51,044 nucleotides of DNA from Heteronotia binoei (GCF_032191835.1 NC_083229.1:88734957-88786000), one strand, 5' to 3'. Counted from the first letter of the stretch, positions 35,937 to 48,349 are shown. Numbers and translations: made by a program. Notes: a model not told the origin generated them from the letters alone.

Positions 35937-36717
35937 CACCTTTGAAAAAAAACAAAAAAACGCCCTGGATTTGCACTAGATCATGTGTACTTGGGGGCAT
36001 ATTCTGGCTATAGCTTTAGAACTAGAAACTGAATTATATCCAATAGATTCCTTTTCCCCAAGCATGGTGTAACGTAGGAGATGCATGTTGAAAGTGCCTG
36101 TCCTGGAAACATTCCCTAATATGGAAATGAGAGGGAAAATATTTGCTTGGCTACCTTATACAGATGTAGGATATGAAGTTCTCAGCTGTCAGAGTCATGT
36201 GTGGAGAACCCTCCCAGCTAGTGCTAAAGTGTGATTACGATTTGTTAAAACGTGTGAATGCAATAGGAGCATATTGTGTCAAGACTCCTTAATTAATTGT
36301 AACATCTTTTTTAATAGACTGAAAGTGTTTTTGTTTTTGAGACTTCCATTATTTTCTAGTGAAAGTAAATGGGAGTAGGGTGGGATTGTGTCAGATCCTG
36401 CCACTTCTCTGCTGACTTTGCTGAGGGCATGGCCTGAAACTCCTTTTTTAGGGCCTCAAATGACTGACAGAGAACGGTTGGTCTTGGAACCAAAATAGAG
36501 GAGAAAGAGACAGGCCAACAATAATAGGAGCTTGATGGCAACCATTGGAATTCTGAATCCCAGCATGTGTGGGAAACAAACAAGCTGCATTTCTGCCCAG
36601 TATTGAGAAGTAATTAGAGTTTGCATGACATGTGAATGCAACCATATTTGTGGTCCACCGCTTTAACTTAATTTAAAATGTAATTTAAATTATCATGAAA
36701 GAAAGTCAAATTAAGTA

Positions 36718-37281
36718 CCATATTTTCCGGCGTATAAGACGACTGGGCGTATAAGACGACCCCCCCAACATTTCCACTCAAAATATAGAGTTTGTTATAT
36801 ACTTGCCGTATAAGACTACCCCCTCTTCCACACACCTTCCACACACCAAATAAAAGGTAAAAGAACATCCGCCCTGCCCCTGCATCTCCCTGTGACCAGC
36901 ACTAGTGCGCAAGTGTGAGCTCTGCATAGACAAAGGGCGGGCCGGAGCGCCGCTGCTTCCCGCTGAGCAGAACGGGCCAGTCACACCGAAAAGGCTGGCA
37001 CCCCTGTCTCGCTGCTGATGCTCGCCGCAGCCACGCTGATGACCCGCCGCGGCCGCGCTGGATACTACGCGATACTGGACGGTACGTAGAATGAGGTGGG
37101 TGGGCATCGGGAGGCCACTATGGGCACCAGGCAAGCATCGGAAGGCCACTATGGGCAGCTATGTCTATCCCAACTGAAGTGCACCCGGCGTATAAGACGA
37201 CCCCCCCCCACACACACACACACACACTTGGAGGAATGTTTTTCAGGGCAAAAAAGTAGTCTTATACGCCAGCAAATACGG
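36718..37281. mobile_element. Tc/mariner (Tc2/pogo-like) non-autonomous element with CpG-rich core
   Basis: TA TSD at 36716-36717 and 37282-37283. TIR ccatattttccggcgtataagacgac / gtagtcttatacgccagcaaatacgg. Internal gcgtataagacgac repeats. Confidence 0.85.
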
Positions 37282-37617
37282 TAATTGGATTCAGGGTGGT
37301 TTTTTTTACACTAGTAGATACTTTCTAAATAAAAGCACACAAACGTATTACTATAACATTAAAACATATTGATTTAAAACTGAATAGTCTATACAGTTTT
37401 ACAGGGTACACAATATGTTTCTTAAATATCTAACTTAATATATTTATATTTTTAATAAGTAAAAAATACATTGCTTACTGTTTGGTATCTTAGTGCTCAT
37501 AAATCAGATAAAGTCTGTTCTAGTATATAACGGCCATCACAGATTTTCATAGACATATTAACTAGAATTGACTGTTGCAGATGCTACTTGTTTCCAGCAT
37601 TCTTTTGTGCTTAGGTC

Positions 37618-37777
37618 TAGGGGTCATTTTGTAAAAAAAATAGGTGGTGGAGCTCATCCAGGAATTGTTATGCAGCTGCATCCACTATTCAATGGACAAT
37701 GTGGGAAGGAGGAGGTGAAACTCCCAGGAAGGTTGAGGAGCTGCGCTCCTGTGAGCTCCCATTGAATCCGAGGCCTG
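37618..37777. mobile_element. hAT MITE (caggggtc...ggcctg family)
   Basis: Perfect 8-bp TSD cttaggtc (37610-37617, 37778-37785). Homologous to 9636-9783. Confidence 0.88.
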
Positions 37778-37890
37778 CTTAGGTCCATTTAAGTCCTTGA
37801 GGTGCAATTACCCTGCACCATTCCATCTAAACCTAAAGCAAGAGCTGGTAGTGGTTACTGAGAACATCAGTGTTCTCCATGAGATGAGGC

Positions 37891-37947
37891 ATGTTTTTCA
37901 GGGCAAAAAAGTAGTCTTATACGCCAGCAAATACGGTAATTGGATTC
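37891..37947 (+). repeat. Exact 57-bp copy of 37236-37292 (element right end plus 9 bp of flank)
   Basis: atgtttttcagggcaaaaaagtagtcttatacgccagcaaatacggtaattggattc occurs at both sites. Confidence 0.95.
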
Positions 37948-37972
37948 CACGTTCTTTGACTGATCTTTATAG

Positions 37973-38005
37973 TTGTACCAAGCCAAATACGAAGGTCAGG
38001 TTCAG
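37973..38005 (+). CDS. Candidate 33-nt exon
   Basis: ttctttgactgatctttatag acceptor and cag|gtaaga donor. Open in all three frames. Confidence 0.3.
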
Positions 38006-39093
38006 GTAAGAGCCAGACATAAAATAGGTATTAAAGTAAATTACCCTGTAGGTCAGTGAACAGCTGTGGTGATTTGCTAGTCCCTGAATGATTGAAGATT
38101 GGCAAAGATATTTTCCCATAATTCTTTTTAGAAAGACAAACTATATTGTTATAGTATATTAATAGTACATGCTATTAATGATAACATTAAATCTTTTTTT
38201 TAAAGACAACCAAAAGCTACCTTCCCAACAGAATTGTATGCAAAGTATTGTGACTTATTGGTAGACCTGCTAATAAAAGACCATGGTTCATTCTTAACAA
38301 ACAATTCCTAAAACTTGGAGGGAGGGAGGGGGAGAGAAAGAGCAGAATTTATATTACTGAGCAGGTGGGGGGGGTACTTAACTCTAGAAAGACTCAAACA
38401 TGTTTCTCATTCTTTTTCTGGCAAATGTGTGAGGAACGGTGACAGCAGTAGACTCTCCTGAAGAAATCATTTCTGTTCAAGAATACCGTTCTGAATAAAC
38501 AATATCTAGATATGCAGTAACAATGGAGACTTTTAGAATGTTGTTCAGCTACTTTGACACCCTAGCTATACTTAAATCTTGTAGGTATAAATTATTATTT
38601 TCAGTGTCTAAAACACAAATAAGTCTCTAAGAAGGAATCAGTTGCAGTCAGAAACAGCTTCTCATTAGAATCTAGGAAGTGATATTAGTAATAATTTTAC
38701 ATTTAATATTTAGCTTGGAAGGATGGTATTTATCTTTTTCAATCACTTTTCTAAAGATAACAAAATGATAAACTGGTACCATCATTCCATTTAATTTCAA
38801 ATGTAAAGTTATCTTCAGATAGAGACTACAAAACTAGCCATTTTATTGGTGCATTTCATATGATGCTTTATGTAATGTAAAGATATTTGAAAAGATGTTG
38901 AAACCTCAGAATGTATAGTTCTTTGCTCTCCAGTCATTTCTTTATGTTCTCTACTTCTCTACTTCCATTCCAAAAGACTAGTCAATATGTAATTTTAATT
39001 CCTTACTTTGTTCTGGTTTTGTTTTGTTTCTCTATGTCACTTTTAAAATTCATCTTTCCTTTGCTGAGACATTATATGTTTATGATACTATCT

Positions 39094-39293
39094 GTTGGTT
39101 GTTGTTTTTTGCCATCGAGTCACAGCTGATTTAAGGCAAACCCCATGAGGTTTTCAAAGCTAGAGACAGTCAGAAGTGGTTTGCTATTGCCTGTCTCCAC
39201 ATCATGACCCTGGTATTCCTCAGTGGTCTTCCATCCACATACTAGCCAGGACCGGTCCTGAGGTCAGGCTGGCCTGAGCTATCCAAGTCAGGG
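39094..39293 (-). mobile_element. 5S rRNA-derived SINE
   Basis: accctggtattcctcagtggtcttccatccacatactagccagg resembles reverse 5S rRNA. The ggtttgctattgcc tail is shared with 24390. Confidence 0.65.
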
Positions 39294-40917
39294 GTAACTA
39301 CTATGTAACTATGATATATTGGAGATCAGAATTCCTGTTTTTCTTTAAAGATGTGTTTAGAAACTTTGGTTCTTGTTCCTGGATGCATCAAGAAAAGTAA
39401 ATATCCAAGTGTGACATTTCTACATGGAGATGCTCATATAATCACTTTTAAGATGTAATATTTTGCACTGTCTGTGAGTGCATAATATGTAATAACTGGC
39501 TGTTTGCTTCATTACCACTTAATGTTCTTATTATGCAGTACCTTTCTAAAACTTTAACCTATTGTGTTTTCATCACAATTGAATGCAAAAAGGTATTTAT
39601 ATTCTTCAGTGAACTGATTCACTCACATTCAGCTACAAAACACTGAAATGCCTTCTATATTGCTTACTTGGAATATTCCTAAATGTTTAATTAAGTAAGA
39701 GGGCTCTGCATTGGTTTTCTTAATCTTTTTCAAGAGAATTTATGTTTGTTTTCTTCAACTGAAGATTCTTATTAGAATAGCAATATCGTGTGGTGGGAAA
39801 GGAGTTTTGTATGCAGCACTAGGCTTTATTCTCAAGGATGAAGTCCTGGTACTACCCCCCTCCCCCATAAAGACTTGTCAAATTTCTCTCTCCTTTTCTT
39901 TTTTGCTATTCGGCATGTTGACTCAGAAAGAAAGTCCTCAGACAATTTGTTTGTTGTGCTTGGATCATCACGGGGTCTATTAGATCATCTAATTGAAAAG
40001 AAACTACTTTGTTATCCTGGAGCCTCTCCAGTAATTGTTTGTGCCAGAGCCAAAGGCCCTCCGTTCCTGTAATGCAGGTCTACCGCATGACTGTAGTTGT
40101 AAACTGGCTTTTCTGAATATATTCCTTATAGTCTGTATAATGTATATTGCTTGTAGGTGATTGTACTTCTCTTGGCTAGTCTTACATACTGAAACATTAC
40201 ACCACATCCCCATATTATAAAAAGAAAGAAAATGACTTTCTTTCACCCAGGGTGGGGGGATTTGTTTTGGAATCAAATATTGATGTCCCATACTAGGAAA
40301 ATAATTTTAATAATGGTCATATTTTTATTCTACTTGTCTTTGGAAGGTTATTTTCTTCTATTAATTTGGTGTAGGAGTGTTCACCCTGATAAAAGATAGT
40401 TGCTTTCTTTGTTAATATTCTTATTCTTTTTCAAAAAATCCAGTTGAGTTTTATAATTGGACTGGTCTTAATTTCTTGATGAAACATACAGCTGTCCTGA
40501 TATTCAGTGAGTTAAGCTGGAGTTGGCTAACTACAGTAGGATTCCTGTCTGACCCTTATATGTTAGTAGCTATTCCTGCCTCAGCTTCTTATTGTGAAAT
40601 CTAGCATGTCCAGGTTGGATACTGCTACCTCAGGCAGCTCTAGCTGCCTCTAACAGGTCTCTGAAGAAGTGGCATAAATGTTTTAAATAAAGAAATACAA
40701 TATTTGAGCACTTCCCATTGCATACTAAATATACAGTTTATAGCATACAGCCAAGCTTTAATTAGCCCTCTACTTAAATGGGAACCACTTCTATGTAAGC
40801 GTAAGGTTGTTGCCAGTCTTTGCCTATTATAACTACAGTTGGACCAGGGTACAGGACTTTGTCTTAGCCAACTTGGAAAGATCAGTCTGTATGACATATC
40901 TACTATCTAATCTTAGT

Positions 40918-41153
40918 GGGAGCCAGTTTGGTGTAATGGTTCAGTGCATGGACTCTTATCTGGGAGAACTCAGTTTGATTCCCCACTCCTCCACTTGCAC
41001 TTGTTGGAATGGCCTTGGGTTAGCCATAGCTCTGGCAGAGGTTGTCCTTGATAGGGCAGCTGCTGTGAGAGCCCTCTCAGCCACACCCACCTCACAGGGT
41101 GTTGTGGGGGGAGAAGATACAGGAGATTGTAAACCACTCTGAGTCTCTGATTC
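40918..41153 (+). mobile_element. Squam3-like SINE (3' end cut)
   Basis: gggagccagtttggtgtaatggttcag head and family body. Confidence 0.85.
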
Positions 41154-41239
41154 TTAAATAGGAACACACACGGCCCGGCCCAACAAGGTCTCATTTATGT
41201 CAGATCTGGCCCTCATAAAAAATGACTTTGACATCCCTG
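41154..41239. mobile_element. hAT (Charlie-like) MITE end
   Basis: cacacggcccggccc...tggccctcataaaaaatgactttgacatccctg terminus. Confidence 0.55.
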
Positions 41240-41512
41240 GTGTATTGGTTAAGTGCACAGACTCTTATTTGGGAGAACTGGGTTTGATTCTCCACTCCTC
41301 CACATACAGCTGCTGGAATGGCCTTGGGTCAGCCATAGCTCTCGCAGAGTTTGTCCTTGATAGGGCAGCTTCTGTGAGAGTCCTCTCAGCCCAACCTACC
41401 TCACAGGGTGTTTGTTGTGGAGGAGAAAGATAAAGGAGATTGTGAGCCGCTCTAAGACTCTGAGATTCAGAGTGGAGGGTGGAATATAAATCCAATGCTG
41501 TCTTCTTCTTCT
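41240..41512 (+). mobile_element. Squam3-like SINE lacking its first about 10 nt
   Basis: gtgtattggttaagtgcacagactc ... (ttc)n tail. Confidence 0.85.
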
Positions 41513-41951
41513 TTAAAAGAAATTAGTGTTGTTGTTTTTTTCTTTCAGAAGGGCATTTACCTTTAGACTTTACATCTCCCCCTCAATAGTTTTGGCTGGC
41601 TAGAACCACAGTTTCATATGAGGAATGTTTCTGTATCTTGGTTTTGCTTAAATATCTTACTTTATTTCCATGTATTAAGGAAGTTCTTTGTCAGAATTAG
41701 TAGTCTGATAGCCAACAGTTAAAACTTCTACAGGCAAATAAAACCTGAACCCTAGTGGCACTTTAAAAATCTGGGAGAAGTTGATGCAGGAGCAGATGGT
41801 TTCTTCATATAATTACTATTTTTCAGAACTAACTCTTTAAAATTTATGTAATATTTTAATAATTGTATTATATGTGCTGTCACGTTTGTCGTGACAATAC
41901 AATTGGTGGGCTGTGATGAACCAAATTGTTAATGTATTATTTACCTTCTAG

Positions 41952-41993
41952 CCCCACCCTGTAAAACTAAAACTGTCTTTTTCAGTGGCGTAT
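41952..41993 (+). CDS. Candidate 42-nt exon
   Basis: tatttaccttctag acceptor and tat|gtaagt donor. Length is a multiple of 3 and two frames are open. Confidence 0.33.
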
Positions 41994-43450
41994 GTAAGTC
42001 ATGCTTAATCAATGTGTTGGGCTTTAAAAGATGCTACAGAACTGTTAGTGTGTTGCAGTAGCACACTGCAGCCAGAAATCCACAAGTCTACTTTTCTTAA
42101 TACTCCCTTATATTTATTGGTCCATTTAGTTCAACAGGAAATGTTCCAATGTAATGTTTTGTCTCAGTGTTCTGTTTTTCATGCAAGGAAAGAAAACACA
42201 TGTTCATATTGTGCTGACTATAAATCATCAACTACAAAATTATTTAAAGGTTCTTGTTTCATTGCTTGTTTTTGTAATATTGATCAGATTTCATTCCTTT
42301 CACAATCAAGACATATTTTTAACAAAACCATGAACGCTTAAGAAAACTAACCACAGGGTTATTACTGCATTATTAACATTTGAAAACAATACTAAAGTAA
42401 GAGGGTAAGAAGTAGAATAAGTATCAAGGCTTAAGGATAGAAGGAACTGCCAGAATAAGGAGAGGGAGGGAGAGAGGGAGATTGGAGACAGGAGTAAATG
42501 CAATGTTGGAAAAACTACTCTGGAACAGAAAAGAGGGTGAAAAGAGTAGGAGAGTTTATATTAGGAAATAGAAAAATAGGAGTCTTAAGAGGAGCAGATG
42601 GGGGAAAATATGGGTTCAATTTATCACTTTTAGAATCCTGCACAACAACATTCATAGTTCAGACATTTTGCTTCTGTACATGTTGATCATTGGCTGGGTG
42701 CAGATGGGTGGCTTGGGGTGGCAGCCTCCCATCCTGGAAGTAAGCCAGCCAAGAGAAAGCGCCCCCCAGGCAGTCAGAAAGCACATGCCCTGCTGTTGAG
42801 AAAAGGTCAGGCCGCATGCACCTGGGAGGTGCAGTCAGACTGCTCAAGTGCATGACAGAGGCTTCCCAGATGCTCCTCAGCTGTTCAGATGGCTGGGAAA
42901 GGCAGCAGGGAAGCACTTGGGGGAATTGCTACCACTTAGAAAGTGGTAGATGTTAGAAGTGGCAGGAAAATGGGTAAGAATGAGGCAAGGGCGGGAGCAT
43001 TACTTGATATGGGCGGGAGTAGGACAGGACCCAGATGTGCACATTTGAACATGCCTTTTTGGTGTGGATGTGGGGCGTTCCTGAGGCGGCTTAAACTGGC
43101 CATCTGGAGTCAGCCATTCATTCATCTCTTAGGTATAGAATCTGATCTGACTGTTGAGAGAGATCTTTAAAAAAAAATGATGTAATTAAAATGTAATAGA
43201 CTAATCATACTTTTTCCCAAAGAAAAATTCAGACTGATTTCCAGAAACTTTCTAATTACACAAGAATTTTTAGGAAGATGCTACAATTTATTTTGGAATG
43301 TTGTTTACTTAAATATGGAGCATTTGCATGCTCATGCATTTTACAGTCATGTAGTGATGTTCTTTTCCTTTATGTAACAGTGTGATTTGATAAGAAAACA
43401 AATACAATGACTCTAAGAATTTTTCAATATTTTTTTTCTTGCCTATGTAG

Positions 43451-43511
43451 CTTACACAGGATGCAAAAAGTGCATGCAATTATTGCTTAATTGAGGAGAA
43501 ACTAGAGCCTG
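43451..43511 (+). CDS. Candidate 61-nt exon (LTQDAKSACNYCLIEEKLEP)
   Basis: tttttttcttgcctatgtag acceptor and ctg|gtatgt donor. Only the phase-0 frame is open. Confidence 0.33.
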
Positions 43512-43763
43512 GTATGTATGGTAGTGACTGCTTTAGCTGTGTTTTATTGTTACTTGTGTTCTCTTAGATTATGGGTCTCAGTCTTTGCCATACCAAGTAT
43601 AACAAAGGAAGATTATTATTTGAATTTATAAATTACAAATAAAACCTTCTATAGTAAAAACCAGAGCTGTACAGCAGTGATATTAAGTGGCTTGGGAGCC
43701 ACATGAGGCTCGACATGTCACCTGTGGATCTTCTGCACACTGTTCTCCAAAGCGGCACATAAC

Positions 43764-43953
43764 CAGGGGGGCGGGTTGTAGAAGAAGCCCAGCAGACACT
43801 CATTTGCATATTAAGCCACACCTCCTGATGACACCATTGTTTCACACAAGGCTTTTTGTAGAAAAGGAACTCATTTGCATATTAGGCCACACCCTTGTCA
43901 CCAAGCCATCCAGAACTGTGTTCCTGTGCATTCCTGCTCAAAATAAGGCCCTG
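43764..43953. mobile_element. hAT MITE with two octamer motifs
   Basis: caggg...ccctg termini, flanks cacataac/catgtaac, ATTTGCAT at 43802 and 43873. Confidence 0.7.
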
Positions 43954-44038
43954 CATGTAACCCATGTTTCAGGAGAGTGTGCAAAGCCTGCATAGCTTGT
44001 CTTTCCCATCCCAAACACTGCCACTGCAAGGACTATAG

Positions 44039-44173
44039 CAGGGGTGGCCAACAGTAGCTCTCCAGATGTTTTTGCCTACAACTTCCATCGGCCCCAGCCA
44101 TTGGCCATGCTGGCTGCGGCTGATGGGAGTTGTAGGCAAAAAACATCTGGAGAGCTACTGTTGGCGACCTCTG
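44039..44173. mobile_element. Foldback (palindromic) hAT MITE
   Basis: Near-perfect palindrome caggggtggccaacagtagctctccagatgttttt...aaaaacatctggagagctactgttggcgacctctg. TSD gactatag/gactacag. Confidence 0.88.
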
Positions 44174-44804
44174 GACTACAGGATGAGTTAGCTGCCAGAT
44201 AGATACCAGTGATAGAAGGGTCCTCTCTATTAAATTTCATCCTTCTTTGTAGCTTTTGTACTGTCATCCCAGCACCTAGGTGGCTATTGAGAAGAGAGTA
44301 TGCTGGTTGCAGCAAAGAGAGTAGAAACTACCACTACCACAACAGTTCCCAGTAAAAGAGCAAGTTGGCTACAGTGAAGTGCTTTTTCCATGACTCAGTG
44401 TCTTGCTTGAGCTGCTAGGTGTATATGGTGGAGTTGCAACCAGGACATTCTGTAGTAATGGGTATGTTTGGTTGATGGACAATTGCAAAATGATCATTTT
44501 ATCAGAGAGATAAATTGTCATTAAGATCCACATATTTACAAACCAATATCTAATTATAGCTTGGAATCTAAATTCCCATTTCTTGACATCTCTGATTTTT
44601 TTAACTCTTATCTGGAAGGGGAAAAGCTAGTGCAAAACAAGCACTTCTTAATACACATGAATGAGGTATGGCTAAATTGACAGAAAAAGATTACTTGATT
44701 TTCAAAGCATTTGTAAGTCATAGTATTTATCTACATAAAACAGGAGTCTGTTAGTACTCTAGAGAACCACAAAATTTATCCAAATGTTAACTTTTCAGAA
44801 ATTT

Positions 44805-45030
44805 AGAGCTCCTGGCCTCCAGAATCATCTAGTCCAACTCCTGCATAATACAGGAAATTCACAAATACCTCCTTCCATCCCCAGTGACCCCTGCTCCATG
44901 CCCAGAAGATGGCAGAACACCTCCAGGATCCCTGACCAAACTGGCCTGGAGAAAATTGCTTCCTGACCCCAAAGTGGCAATCAGCATTTCCCTGGGTGTG
45001 TAAGAAGGGGCCACAAGAACGAAGTACTGA
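44805..45030 (-). mobile_element. CR1-like 3'UTR fragment
   Basis: tcatctagtccaactcctgc...aaattgcttcctgaccccaaagtggc, a typical reverse CR1 3' end. Confidence 0.6.
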
Positions 45031-45249
45031 TACAGAGAAAGAAGCAGGAGAAAATTTCATCCCCCTGCACACAGCCAAATGCCTATCTAGCTGCTTTGCT
45101 TTTAACAGAAACCTAGCGCAACCACGTTTAAAATAGCCTTTGTCTTTCACTCATCCAAAACTTGATTCATGTCTATTTAAGAATTAATTTTCCATTTTTC
45201 ACATATAAGCATCAACTGTGGGAGAATGGCTTGTTTATTTAGCCTCCCT

Positions 45250-45965
45250 CCCCATTTCTGGAAAAGAAGCAAAGCTATTTGCATAACTCATTTGCATATG
45301 TTACACACCCATGGCATCATTAGAAGGTGTACTAAATTATATCAGTTTGGCATCTACCTTAAAATGCTTCTTGAATTATAATTGTTATAATAAAACCTTA
45401 CTCCCATCATACTTTTTAATTACTTTTTAATTACTGGAGAGCCAGTTTGGTGTAGTGGTTAAGTGTGCGGACTCTTATCTGGGAGAACCGGGTTTGATTC
45501 CCCGCTCCTCCACTTGCACCTGCTAGCATGACATTGGGTCAGTCATAGCTCTGGCAGAGGTTTTCCTTGAAAGGGCAGCTGCTGTGAGAGCCCTCTCTAG
45601 TCCCACCCACCTCACAGGATGTCTGTTGTGGGGGAGGAAGGTAAAGGAGATTGTGAGCCTCTCTGAGACTCTTCGGAGTGGAGGGCGGGATATAAATCCA
45701 ATATCATCTTCTTCTTTATCCTATGTGGACACAGTGGCATGATGAAGATTTCCATCTGTCTGCTTTATATGTTTGGGTTATTTTTTCTCTCTTTTTTGTG
45801 AGGAAAACTATGAGAAAGTTTGTTGAATTTTAAGAGTTCAGCAAAATTCTCACGTTTGGGTTGGACCATGGAGCCCAGAAGCAAGGGGTAAGAAAGAAAG
45901 AACACAATAAAATGTAGAGATTCTGGAGCTCTGTTCCCATGAGCCCCTGCCCAAAATGAGACTTG
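45250..45965. mobile_element. Longer hAT MITE (same terminal family as 48350) interrupted by a SINE
   Basis: Paired atttgcat near the start. The end ctggagctctgttcccatgagcccctgcccaaaatgagacttg mirrors the start of 48350. Confidence 0.55.
45436..45715 (+). mobile_element. Squam3-like SINE, young full-length copy
   Basis: Near identical to 22707-22993. Confidence 0.9.
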
Positions 45966-47689
45966 GTTGAAGTGCTGCTTCCAGTAATAAATAATTTTCT
46001 TCTCTACCAGCCAGGACCGGCGCATGGGAGTTGGCCAAGTAGGTGGCGGCCTGGAGCGCCAGGAGGCTCCCCCTCTTTTCATGCACCACTTGAGCCTGCT
46101 GTATTCCCAACTTCGCTGAGGCTGCCCGAGCCTCAGTGAGCCGGGGGCGTGGCAGCGAGCGCACTCCAAGAACGCCCACTGTGTCCTGACCTTGCCGAGA
46201 CTGCCTGAGCCCTGTGATGTTGGAGGGTTGTGGCAATGAGCATGATCAGAGCCTGGCTCTGAGCGTGCCTACTACCATGAAGGCGCAGCGCAACCTGCCC
46301 CATGCCTGGCCCTCTCCCGTTTCAGAGGGAGCCAGGAAGCGGTCTTTCCCGCTCCCTTTGAAGCAGGAAAGGGCCAGGCACAGGGCTTTGTGCCCCAATG
46401 ATGTCACTTCTGGTGATGCCATCGGGCCACACACACTAATATACACCTTGGGGGGCAGGGGGTGGGGGCAGCCTGGGGCACTAGAAACCCTAACACTGGG
46501 CCTGCTACCAGCAGTGCCTCTCTATAGTTGTTACCACCTTCTCCAAAGTTGCAGCCTTCCCCACTCTTGCTCCCCAGCTGAGAGGTAGCTAGCCTCCTTC
46601 TTCCAGCTTGTTTCCACCTCCCAAAAAGAAATCTTGCAGTTTGCAAAGTGAAAGCATTTTAGACTCCTCCAAACTGCCTCCATGCTATTGCAACTTCACC
46701 AGCAAAGGTTTTACTTTCGCAGGGAGAATCAGCATTTTCTGGCTGTAGGCAGTGCAACCTCCAGGAAAAAAGCTTCCTATCTCTCTCACCAATCAACGAC
46801 ACATACTGAACCTCCCCCAAACCAGGAGCTCTCCAAATATTATTCCAATTGCACAGAATTCAGCAGGTACAAAGTGAACAGGGAAGTTGCACTGCCAAAG
46901 GGCAAGAAACATATTAAGAGGAATGCTCTCTCTCCTCCACTCCCCCCTGCCAGACACTGGAGAATTCTGATATTGTGTTAGAATGAATATTACTGAAATG
47001 CAATGTGTAGCTTGACCTGACTAACTCCATTTTGAGCATTTGCTACTAACCCTGAAACATAGACCTTGCATATCAAAGTAGAGACAGAAATGTTACTAAC
47101 CCCTGCTGTGAATTCCTATTCATAGTACTAACAAAAGCAACGACTCTTTGAAGATAGCATGCCTCAAGGAGAGCCAGCAGGGCTCCTCCGGTTAGAAAAG
47201 GAACCACAAGAGACAAGGGGAAGGGAAGGTGTTACATGTATCCTAGAAGTGTGAGGATGTAGTATTGTTTAGAAATCTTTTGATGTTTACTGTTTAAAGC
47301 ATTGCTTTTCCCACCAACTGGCATCAGTTCCAATGCTCCTTTGTCCAGAACCTTGAGATATCAAATAAACGTCTTAGCATTGCAACAAATGGAAGTCCAT
47401 TTACTTTGAACCTCCATCGTCTGACAACCCCCTCTCTATTTGCATCAGTAAAGCCTCCTAAACACCACTGAAAACTTCCTAGTCCACTTGGTTGGAGCTC
47501 TCAACTCTTTTTTGCAAAATGCATCAGGAAGGGGGGGGGTTAAAATGGAAGCCTCTCTCAAAAAGCAGAATCAAACTTGATATCTTTGGTGGCCTTTTTA
47601 ATAAAGAAACCCACCCATCAGAAGAAGGGAGAGAAGGAGGGAAGGAGAAAAAGTGTGCTTGCACACAAAAGCTTATACCTGGAATAAAC

Positions 47690-48064
47690 ATTGTTGATCT
47701 TGAAACTGTTTTTTCTCTCTTTCCTTCCCTCCAAGAAGAGTAGCTCCTGAGAAGGAAGCAGAAGCAGTTTGTGTATGTGTGTCTGTGAGCTGAGAGAGAA
47801 AGAGAGACAAAGGCTTGTCCCACATGCAGCAGGAAGCAGCCACAGAGCTGTGAGTGAGAGAGAGAAGGGAAGGAGAAGGGGGAGGGAGGCAAGAAGCTAG
47901 GAGCCAACGAGGGAGCTGAGCCGGGGGGGGGGGGGGGAGCCAGTTAGGTGCAGCTGCTGTGCCTGCCCTCAAAAAGAAGCAGGAAGACAGAGGTGCTAGG
48001 GGAGCTGGATTTAAGCCCTGTGCAGGCTGGATGCAGCCCATGGGCCACACATTTAACACCCCTG
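47690..48064. mobile_element. hAT (Charlie-like) MITE right part with purine-rich low-complexity interior
   Basis: Ends gcaggctggatgcagcccatgggccacacatttaacacccctg. The left boundary is not identified. Confidence 0.45.
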
Positions 48065-48349
48065 CACTAGAGAGTCACTAAGAATTTGTACGTATTTATG
48101 CTGAAATAAATGTTCTAAAGGGCTGCTGGATTCCTGTTTTATTTTGCTGTTGTAGACTAATGTGCCCACCCAGCTGTAATTATTTATGTTTTTAAACATA
48201 GATAAATAATTCTAAAATACTGCTGAAGATTTTCTGGAATTCCTTCCTGATAGACTCAACCCCCTCAGTAGGGAATCAACTTACCCTACCTTCCTACCAA
48301 ATTTCTTTTGAAAATGTTTTCATCATCACAATTTCTGGTTACTTGTTTC

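Noticed and set aside
36730-37270. Repeated gcgtataagacgac units resembling a spaced repeat array
   Set aside because: Irregular spacing inside TA-flanked TIRs marks them as transposon subterminal repeats. They are not CRISPR, and the DNA is vertebrate.
39200-39293. 5S rRNA-like sequence
   Set aside because: Partial, degenerate and fused to a SINE tail. It is not an rRNA gene.
46011-46866. Further + strand exon candidates 46011-46038 and 46723-46866 that extend the short-exon chain in phase
   Set aside because: The first lies in a probable transposon-derived block, phase agreement has a one-in-three chance per junction, and the peptide is unrecognisable.
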